From: a virus
Strand: one strand, 5' to 3'
Virus record (IMG/VR): IMGVR_UViG_3300029611_000007
DNA: 55,548 bases
Shown here: piece after piece, positions 23,997-30,000 of the stretch
Numbering within the stretch: position 1 is the stretch's first letter
Layout: the number at the start of each line of letters is the position of its first letter
The notes under the pieces: model-generated
Databases searched by the model: none
What the model was told of the DNA's origin: nothing
The model's input: only the letters and a program-made list of their open reading frames with translations
Position numbers and translations under genes: made by a program

Positions 23997-24386
23997 TCAT
24001 GCGTAAATTTCATTGAACACTTCGACGGCGTTCCATTGCACCGCCTTTTCACGCTGGGCAGCTTTCGCGGCGTTCTGGTCGCCGCCGTTGGCTTTCAATG
24101 CCATATAGAAAGCATCAACAAGGGCGGCTTTTTGCCGTTCGCGTTCCCGATATGCGGCGATCTGTCTAGCGTCATACACCTTGACCGCCCACGATTCATA
24201 GTGAATCGGGGTCAATGTTTCATGGTGCAAGCCCTTGCAGCGGTTCAGAACGGCAACGATCTTTCCGGCATCCTCATAAGTTGGGGCGGCGATGATGTAG
24301 CAAGGGACAGCGGCGCGGGCTTGCTTCTCGATGTTCCACCGGTGACGGGTGGCGATCTGGTTTATTTTCTTGTCGAATGCGGTCAT
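23997..24386 (-). CDS. Hypothetical protein (129 aa)
   Basis: aaaaggaga RBS plus ATG in minus sense. Confidence 0.7.
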   Translation of the reverse strand: MTAFDKKINQIATRHRWNIEKQARAAVPCYIIAAPTYEDAGKIVAVLNRCKGLHHETLTPIHYESWAVKVYDARQIAAYRERERQKAALVDAFYMALKANGGDQNAAKAAQREKAVQWNAVEVFNEIYA

Positions 24387-24413
24387 GTTCTCGATCTCCT
24401 TTTGATTTTGATT

Positions 24414-24476
24414 TGCCCCGGCGGGGCGGTGGCATAGGGTTGCTTTTGCGGCAGCGGTGCAGCCCTTGAAAGTGTC
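24414..24476 (-). repeat. Intergenic structured repeat, copy 6 (variant 3)
   Basis: gccccggcggggcggtggcatagggttgcttttgcggcagcggtgcagcccttgaaagtgtcc. Confidence 0.7.
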
Positions 24477-24556
24477 CGCTTGACTTTACCGGCGAAAGCT
24501 GGTAAAATCATTGCAAGATCGGAACTCGAAAACCTATCTTGCAAGCCTGTCACCCT

Positions 24557-24655
24557 TTACCGGGTGGCGGGCTTTTTCTTTTGCCATTCGGCAAGAAGAG
24601 CGGCCCAAACTGCCCGCTTGACGGCTTTCGGCAGCTTGAAAAACTCTTTATTCAC
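24557..24655 (-). CDS. Very small basic protein (32 aa), not in the ORF track
   Basis: Minus sense: aagaggtgaaaagc-GTG NKEFFKLPKAVKRAVWAALLAEWQKKKPATR*. Bracketed by repeat copies 6 and 7, like the other genes. Confidence 0.35.
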   Translation of the reverse strand: MNKEFFKLPKAVKRAVWAALLAEWQKKKPATR

Positions 24656-24678
24656 GCTTTTCACCTCTTTTCTGGTTT

Positions 24679-24741
24679 GATTCACCCCGGCGGGGCGTTG
24701 GGATCGGGTCGCTTTCAGCGGTGCGGCCCGTCAAGGTGTCC
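24679..24741 (-). repeat. Intergenic structured repeat, copy 7 (variant 1)
   Basis: gattcaccccggcggggcgttgggatcgggtcgctttcagcggtgcggcccgtcaaggtgtcc. Confidence 0.8.
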
Positions 24742-24747
24742 GGCGGT

Positions 24748-24945
24748 TCATGCGGTGTAGTGGTTCGCGGCGGCGAAAATGTCCAGATCATCGGGGCTGT
24801 CAATCGCGCCCATCGGTTCGCCGTTGCGATAAACGACGTAATACGGGCCATAATCGGCGGCTTTCATGATCGACCCGTCGGGGGTCGTCCATGTTACGGC
24901 GTATTCGCCGGATTCAATCGCGGCGATTTTTTCAGAAAGTTTCAT
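24748..24945 (-). CDS. Hypothetical protein (65 aa), first gene of the leftward operon
   Basis: aaaagaggtcaaaccgc-ATG in minus sense. Confidence 0.65.
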   Translation of the reverse strand: MKLSEKIAAIESGEYAVTWTTPDGSIMKAADYGPYYVVYRNGEPMGAIDSPDDLDIFAAANHYTA

Positions 24946-24994
24946 GCGGTTTGACCTCTTTTCTGTTTTGCGGTGTTTCGCTTGCTGTGGCTAT

Positions 24995-25023
24995 ATCATA
25001 GCATGAATCATGCGATGTGTCAA
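24995..25023 (-). promoter_or_regulatory. Leftward sigma70-type promoter (TTGACA-17-TATGAT)
   Basis: Minus sense: ttgaca (25023-25018), 17-nt spacer, tatgat (25000-24995). About 50 nt upstream of the ATG at 24945. Confidence 0.65.
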
Positions 25024-25070
25024 GCATGAATCATGCTATTTTACGAAATGCACAAAAAAGCATGATTCAT
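25000..25070. promoter_or_regulatory. Three copies of the palindromic operator AGCATGA(A/T)TCATGC(T)
   Basis: 25000-25013, 25023-25037 and a partial copy at 25059-25070. The first two overlap the spacer and -35 of the leftward promoter. Confidence 0.65.
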
Positions 25071-25106
25071 TCCGTCAATTTTTGCATGGTGCATTCCGGG
25101 AAAATT

Positions 25107-25115
25107 TGATATAAT
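25107..25115 (+). promoter_or_regulatory. Rightward extended -10 promoter element (TGaTATAAT)
   Basis: tgatataat lies 21 nt upstream of the GTG at 25136. Confidence 0.5.
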
Positions 25116-25135
25116 GAGGACAGGCAGAAAGAGAG

Positions 25136-25363
25136 GTGACAAAAATGCCGCTCACAGACAAGAAAAGAATAACGAACGATCGTTATTTATCGAAGTTTGC
25201 GACAAAATCAATCAGAATCCCGAAAGAAATTGAAGAGGATTTGAACGCCGCCGCCGCCCACGCCGGGGAAAGCGTGGCGGGGTATATCGTAAACGCCACG
25301 CGGGAAAGAATGGCCCGCGATGGATTCCAGCCGCCCGACGACAGCAGCACCGGCGGCGGGTGA
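25136..25363 (+). CDS. Ribbon-helix-helix (Arc/CopG/MetJ-type) DNA-binding protein
   Basis: 'KSIRIPKEIEEDLNAAAAHAGESVAGYIVNATRERMARDG' has a beta-strand-helix-helix pattern. Alternative ATG at 25145. Confidence 0.7.
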   Translation: MTKMPLTDKKRITNDRYLSKFATKSIRIPKEIEEDLNAAAAHAGESVAGYIVNATRERMARDGFQPPDDSSTGGG

Positions 25364-25394
25364 TTCCAGCCGCGCGAAAATTTGACGCGAAAAA

Positions 25395-25434
25395 AGAGGT
25401 AGACACGGCCCGCGCCGCGCCTACCTCTTTTTTG
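25395..25434 (+). terminator. Rho-independent terminator after the RHH gene
   Basis: agaggtag ... ctacctct stem followed by tttttt. Confidence 0.7.
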
Positions 25435-25440
25435 TTGCCT

Positions 25441-25482
25441 GTTTTCCGTGGGGCGTTTTCCGTGGGGCGTTTTCCGTGGGCG
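25441..25482. repeat. 14-bp tandem repeat x3 (gttttccgtggggc)
   Basis: Read directly; the third copy is slightly degenerate. Confidence 0.85.
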
Positions 25483-25487
25483 GCTCG

Positions 25488-26060
25488 ATGATGCCGCGCC
25501 GGTAGGAGATCGCACCCCGCCGCCGCTGAACGCTGGACAGGCCACGCCCCGCCGCCGCCCCGCGCCGGGCCGATGATGCCCCGCGCCGGTAGGAGATCGC
25601 CCGCCGCCGCGCCCTACATAGCTATATAGGAGAGGGCAGCAGCACCCCGCCCCGCTGGACAGATCGCCCCGGACAGGCCGCGCCGGTAGGAGATCGCACC
25701 CCGCCGCCGCCCCGCGCCGGGCCGATGATGCCCGCGCAGGTAGGAGATCGCCCGCCGCCGCGCCCTACATAGCTATATAGGACAGGGCAGCAGCACACCG
25801 GCAGAACCTCACACCAGCACCAGACAGCAGCACCGCCCGCCATACGCCCGCCGCCGCGCCCCGCCGCCCTACATAGCTATATAGGACAGGACCGCCCCGC
25901 GCCGGGCCGATGATGCCGCCGATCTGCACCCCGCGCCGGGCAGATGATGCCCGCGCCGGTAGGAGATCGCGCCCCGCCGCCCTACATAGCTATATAGGAG
26001 AGGGAAGCGGCACCCCGCCCCGCTGGACAGATCGCCCCGGACAGGCCGCGCCGGGCCGAT
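25488..26060. repeat. GC-rich complex repeat region without credible ORFs (interspersed motifs; two ~115-bp near-identical units)
   Basis: gatgatgcc(c)cgcgccggtaggagatcgc occurs 4 times (the 25488 copy reads gatgatgccgcgcc..). cctacatagctatatagg occurs 4 times (25613, 25764, 25868, 25981). gccgggccgatgatgcc occurs 4 times. Unit 25572-25690 is nearly identical to 25934-26058. Confidence 0.85.
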
Positions 26061-26089
26061 GATGCCCCGCCGCCGCGCCGGATCGAATT

Positions 26090-26106
26090 GGTGACAGTCT
26101 GTCACC
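26090..26106. repeat. Perfect 17-bp palindrome ggtgacag-t-ctgtcacc
   Basis: Read directly. Confidence 0.85.
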
Positions 26107-26152
26107 AGTTCAGCCCGCCCCGCGATACCTTAAAGGATGCCCGCCGCCGGTG

Positions 26153-26283
26153 TTTTGCCGCCCTTTTCCGTCATTTTGACGGCTTTTCAGCCTGTTTTGG
26201 CGGGATTTTTCCCGGATTTTTGGCGATTTTGACGGCTGAAAAAGTACGATTTTTCGGTCTTTTCTTCCTTTTTCTACCATTTT
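26153..26283 (+). promoter_or_regulatory. Phased T-tract array (predicted intrinsically bent DNA)
   Basis: T4-T5 runs start at 26153, 164, 174, 184, 195, 206, 217, 227, 250, 260, 269 and 280 (spacing 9-11 bp). The direct repeat attttgacggct occurs twice. Confidence 0.7.
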
Positions 26284-26461
26284 CCGGGCCACCGGCAAGG
26301 TACTGGGGAGGAAATTCTTTCCACTCACGGGTCCTAAAGTCCGAAAATTTTCTAGGTATAGGGGCTTTTTTGCACTTCCCCGGAGGGGGGGTCTGAAAAA
26401 GTTAGGGGGGATTTTTTCGGGAAAATTTTCAAAATGATACACTGTGATACACTTTTCCGGG

Positions 26462-26467
26462 TATAAT
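26462..26467 (+). promoter_or_regulatory. Candidate late promoter -10 (tataat) preceded by tgatacac x2 direct repeats and no good -35
   Basis: ..atgatacactgtgatacacttttccgggtataatggg.. Confidence 0.45.
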
Positions 26468-26490
26468 GGGTACAGTGAAAAGTAAGCGAA

Positions 26491-26524
26491 GCTCCACGGC
26501 GTTATGTCGTGGGGCTTTTTCTTT
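26491..26524 (+). terminator. Leader terminator between the candidate late promoter and the first packaging gene
   Basis: gctccacg-gcgttatgt-cgtggggc followed by tttttctttt. Confidence 0.55.
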
Positions 26525-26563
26525 TGCGCGGATTCGAGAAACGGGGTGCAGGAGTGATGCAGG

Positions 26564-27352
26564 ATGCCGAAGCGGAACGACAAGCGCGACACCGCCAAGG
26601 CTGAGTACGTCAAGCGGCGGAGGTCGGGCGAGAAGATCAACCTCAAAGAGTTTGCGGCCACGCTGGGCGTGACCTACGGCACGGTTCGCAACTGGAAGAA
26701 GATCGACCGGTGGGAGGATGCCATAGAGCGCAAGCGCGGCGGGCAACCCGGCAACAAGAACAGCCGGGGCAAGAAGAACGCAAAGGGCAACACCGGTGGC
26801 GGTGCGCCGGACGGCAACACCAACGCCGAGAAAGACGGCGCATATAGCACCATCCACCTTGACCGGCTGACCGAAGAGGAACGGGCGTGGCTGGATGCGA
26901 TACCCACCGGGGCCAGCGCGAACAACGCCTATGAGTTGAAGCTGCTGCGGATTCAGCAACGGCACATCATGGAGAAGATCGCGGAGTACGAAAAGTGCAA
27001 CCCGGAAGAACTGTTCACAGCTACAATCACAGATATGCGCAAACCCGGCCCGGATGCCGAGGGCAAGACGGCGGACAGTGCCGTGCAGAAGATGGCGATG
27101 GTCAACAAAGACAGTGCCTTTGTCCGGGTGACGCAGTTGCGGGAAGCTCTGAACAAGGTTTCAGGCAGAATCATTTCCCTTACGACCCAGATTCGCCAGC
27201 AAGAAGAATTTGAAAAGCGGTACGCTCTGGAACTGGCCCGCCTTGACATTGCAAAGATGCGGGCGACCGGTGAGGTAGACGTAGACCCGGAGGGGGACGA
27301 AGAGGATGAAGAAGAAGCTCCACACGACAAAGATAGTGGCGCAGTATCTTGA
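26564..27352 (+). CDS. terS: Terminase small subunit (HTH plus Gly/Asn-rich repeat type)
   Basis: 'LKEFAATLGVTYGTVRNWKK' HTH. The 'GGQPGNKNSRGKKNAKGNTGGGAPDGNTNAEKDG' repeat is typical of P27/YqaS-type small terminases. Confidence 0.75.
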   Translation: MPKRNDKRDTAKAEYVKRRRSGEKINLKEFAATLGVTYGTVRNWKKIDRWEDAIERKRGGQPGNKNSRGKKNAKGNTGGGAPDGNTNAEKDGAYSTIHLDRLTEEERAWLDAIPTGASANNAYELKLLRIQQRHIMEKIAEYEKCNPEELFTATITDMRKPGPDAEGKTADSAVQKMAMVNKDSAFVRVTQLREALNKVSGRIISLTTQIRQQEEFEKRYALELARLDIAKMRATGEVDVDPEGDEEDEEEAPHDKDSGAVS

Positions 27353-27812
27353 CCTGTCCGAACGCCGGGTGCGCCAGCTCCGGGACGAGGGTGTGCTGGA
27401 AGAGAAAGCCCCCGGCCTGTATGATCTGCGTTCCAGTGTCAGGCGGTACATCAACTACCTGCGGGGCGACGAGGGCGGCAAGGCTGATCTCAACGAAGAG
27501 CGGGCGAAGCTGACCAAGGAAAAGCGGATCGCTGCTGAAACCGAGAACAAGGTGCGGAACGGTGAGCTTTACCGCAAGTCGGATATTATGACCGGCATGA
27601 CCACCATCGTCATGAACCTGCGTTCAAGATTGCTTGCCCTGCCGAACAAGCTGGCGGCGAACATCGCCAAGCTGGACGGCGACGAGGACAAGATCATGGA
27701 TTTGCTGCAAAGCTCCCTCCACGAGATCATGGAAGAGTTTTCAAATTATCAGGTCGCGTTGGAACGGCCAAAGGATGATGAAGATGAACAAGACGGAGAG
27801 AAAACCGGATAA
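27306..27812 (+). CDS. Second small-terminase-like protein (lambda Nu1-like winged HTH)
   Basis: 'TKIVAQYLDLSERRVRQLRDEGVL..GLYDLRSSVRRYINYL' and 'ERAKLTKEKRIAAETENKVRNGELY'. Overlaps terS by 47 nt. Confidence 0.55.
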   Translation: MKKKLHTTKIVAQYLDLSERRVRQLRDEGVLEEKAPGLYDLRSSVRRYINYLRGDEGGKADLNEERAKLTKEKRIAAETENKVRNGELYRKSDIMTGMTTIVMNLRSRLLALPNKLAANIAKLDGDEDKIMDLLQSSLHEIMEEFSNYQVALERPKDDEDEQDGEKTG

Positions 27813-27939
27813 GCCCGGAAGCCAGTGCAAGGGCTGTCCGTGGGGCAAGCGCATCCACAAGCAGCTTATCCTGTGTATGTTCCCGGAATGTGTCAGGGGT
27901 GAGCCGAAACGTGAAAAAGAAACGGATCGTAAAACTTGA
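27784..27939 (+). CDS. Possible small Cys-rich protein (51 aa) overlapping the Nu1-like/terL junction
   Basis: ATG after aaagga; 'CKGCPWGKRIHKQLILCMFPEC'. It overlaps both neighbours, so it is uncertain. Confidence 0.3.
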   Translation: MNKTERKPDKPGSQCKGCPWGKRIHKQLILCMFPECVRGEPKREKETDRKT

Positions 27940-29758
27940 ACCGCAGACCGTGGAACTGTTCGCGGAGGTTTTGAGTAAGCTCCGCCCGCCCCCGCCGCTG
28001 ACCGTCAGCCAGTGGGCGGACAAGTACCGGGTATTGTCCGCTGAGTCCAGTGCAGAGCCGGGACGGTGGCACACCGAGAAAGCCCCCTACCAGCGGGCTA
28101 TCATGGATGCCATTGGTGATCCTCATGTCCGGTCGGTCGTCGTCATGTCGGCGGCGCAGATCGGAAAGACGGACGCTTTTATCCTCAACCCGTTGGGCTA
28201 CTACATGGACTATGCACCCTGCCCGGTGATGTGTATGCAGCCTACCCTTGATATGGGGCAAACGCTCTCGAAAGACCGCATTGCTCCCATGATCCGGGAC
28301 ACGCCCCGGCTTACCGGCCTTGTAGATACCAAGAGCCGGTACGCGGGCAACACCGTCATGAAGAAAAATTTTCCCGGCGGACACATCACCATTGTGGGTG
28401 CAAACAGCCCGTCCAGCCTTGCCAGCCGCCCCATCAAGGTGCTGCTGGCGGACGAGATCGACCGTTACCCCAAGAGCGCGGGAACTGAGGGCGACCCCCT
28501 TGATCTGGCAAAGAAACGCCAGACGACCTTTTGGGACTACAAGACCGTCATGGTCAGCACTCCCACCATCAAGGGGGACAGCCGCATTGAGGATGCCTAC
28601 TTGCTTTCTACGCAAGAGGAATGGAACATACCCTGCCCGGAATGTGGGGCATATCAGCCGTTCCTCTGGGAGAACGTCAAGTTCGACCCGGACGATCTCG
28701 ACAAGGGCGTGAACTACGTCTGCCGGGAGTGTGGCTGCATCGCCAATGAATACCGGTGGAAAGAGCAGGGCGTTCACGGCAAGTACGTTGCCGCCAACCC
28801 CGGCGCAGAATCCAGAGGGTTCCACCTGAACACGTTGGCTTCAACTTTTGTTGGCTGGAAAGAGGTCGTGCAGAAGTTCATAGAAGCCAAGATTGCCCTT
28901 GACCACGGCAACCCAGAACAGATGAAAGTTTGGGTAAACACCGAGCTGGGCGAAACGTGGGAAGAACGTGGAATCCAGTTGGAGGACACCGAGCTGTTCA
29001 ACCGCCGCGAAATCTACGCCGCAGAAGTGCCGGACGATGTTCTGTATCTTACCGCCGGTGTTGACGTGCAGGACGACCGCTTTGAAGTTGAGGTGGTCGG
29101 CTGGGGCGAGGGTGTGGAGAGCTGGGGCGTTCGATACCAAAAAATCTACGGCGATATGCTGTCGGATCAGGTATGGGACGACCTTGACAACTTCCTGCTC
29201 CAAACGTGGCGCAAGGCAGACGGCACGGCCTACCCGCTGTTGGCTACCTGCATCGACTCCGGCGGACACCACACCGATGCGGTGTACCGCTTCGCCAAGG
29301 AACGGCTCAACCGCCGTATCTTTGCGATCAAAGGCATGGGCGGCAGCGGTGTCCCGTTCATCCGCAACCCGTCCAAGAACAACCGCGTCAAGGCGGATTT
29401 ATTCATTCTGGGCGTTGACGCTGGCAAGACGACCATCTACCAGCGGTTGGAGGTCAAGACACCCGGCCCGAACTACTGCCACTTCCCGTCCAACCCGGAA
29501 GCGGGTTACACGGAGGAATACTTCAAGGGCCTAACGGCTGAGAAGAAAGTGGTGCGGTTTGTCAAAGGCCGCTTGAAAGAATACTGGGAAATCAAAGATA
29601 AAGAGCACAAACGAAACGAGCCGTTGGATCTGCGCAATTACGCGACCGCGGCTCTTGCCATTTCTCGCCCTGTGCTGAAAAAGCCGGATGCAGACGGAAC
29701 GCCTGTCCAGCCGGTCAAGAAAGCACGGGGCCGTCGTCAACTTTCGGGAGGTATCTAA
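27890..29758 (+). CDS. terL: Terminase large subunit, lambda gpA family
   Basis: 'SQWADKYRVLSAESSAEPGRWHTEKAPYQRAIMDA' and Walker-A-like 'SAAQIGKTD'. 622 aa. The start could also be GTG at 27899 or 27911. Confidence 0.9.
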   Translation: MSGVSRNVKKKRIVKLEPQTVELFAEVLSKLRPPPPLTVSQWADKYRVLSAESSAEPGRWHTEKAPYQRAIMDAIGDPHVRSVVVMSAAQIGKTDAFILNPLGYYMDYAPCPVMCMQPTLDMGQTLSKDRIAPMIRDTPRLTGLVDTKSRYAGNTVMKKNFPGGHITIVGANSPSSLASRPIKVLLADEIDRYPKSAGTEGDPLDLAKKRQTTFWDYKTVMVSTPTIKGDSRIEDAYLLSTQEEWNIPCPECGAYQPFLWENVKFDPDDLDKGVNYVCRECGCIANEYRWKEQGVHGKYVAANPGAESRGFHLNTLASTFVGWKEVVQKFIEAKIALDHGNPEQMKVWVNTELGETWEERGIQLEDTELFNRREIYAAEVPDDVLYLTAGVDVQDDRFEVEVVGWGEGVESWGVRYQKIYGDMLSDQVWDDLDNFLLQTWRKADGTAYPLLATCIDSGGHHTDAVYRFAKERLNRRIFAIKGMGGSGVPFIRNPSKNNRVKADLFILGVDAGKTTIYQRLEVKTPGPNYCHFPSNPEAGYTEEYFKGLTAEKKVVRFVKGRLKEYWEIKDKEHKRNEPLDLRNYATAALAISRPVLKKPDADGTPVQPVKKARGRRQLSGGI

Positions 29759-29989
29759 ATGGCAGGAATTACGCTGGAAACAGCACAACGGATGCTGGAC
29801 GTTTGGGTAGCCGCCGAAGAGAGCGTATCGCACGGCCAGAGCTACCAAATCGGAAACCGGTCGCTGACCAAAGCCGACCTGACGCAGATCGGCAAACGAA
29901 TCGAATACTGGTCGAACAAGGTGACGGAACTTTCCCGTCAGCGGAACGGCAGGAATCGCATGGGGCATTTTGTCCCCCGTGACCTGTAA
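29759..29989 (+). CDS. gpW-like head-tail joining protein
   Basis: 76 aa between terL and the portal (lambda A-W-B order); 'GQSYQIGNRSLTKADLTQIGKRIEYW'. Confidence 0.6.
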   Translation: MAGITLETAQRMLDVWVAAEESVSHGQSYQIGNRSLTKADLTQIGKRIEYWSNKVTELSRQRNGRNRMGHFVPRDL

Positions 29990-30000
29990 GGAGGGCTGGC

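Noticed and set aside
23059-24006. 315-aa plus-strand ORF across the leftward operon. The alternative-frame minus ORF 22623-23390 was also considered.
   Set aside because: The plus-strand ORF spans several minus-strand genes and two intergenic repeat copies. The alternative-frame ORF is a Pro/Arg/Lys-rich translation of the Ala/Lys/Glu-rich linker of the ArdC-like gene.
24480-24760. Plus-strand ORFs 24480-24680 and 24539-24760.
   Set aside because: They run antisense through repeat copy 7 and the small minus-strand ORF, with no RBS.
25441-26060. Possible CRISPR array, because of multiple short repeats.
   Set aside because: The repeats belong to several different families with irregular spacing (151, 104 and 112 bp for the palindrome). 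Parts of the 'spacers' are themselves repeated. No cas genes and no leader are present.
26385-26410. G7 and G6 runs as further phase-variable switches.
   Set aside because: They are intergenic, with no ORF affected. They could at most alter promoter spacing, and there is no evidence for that.
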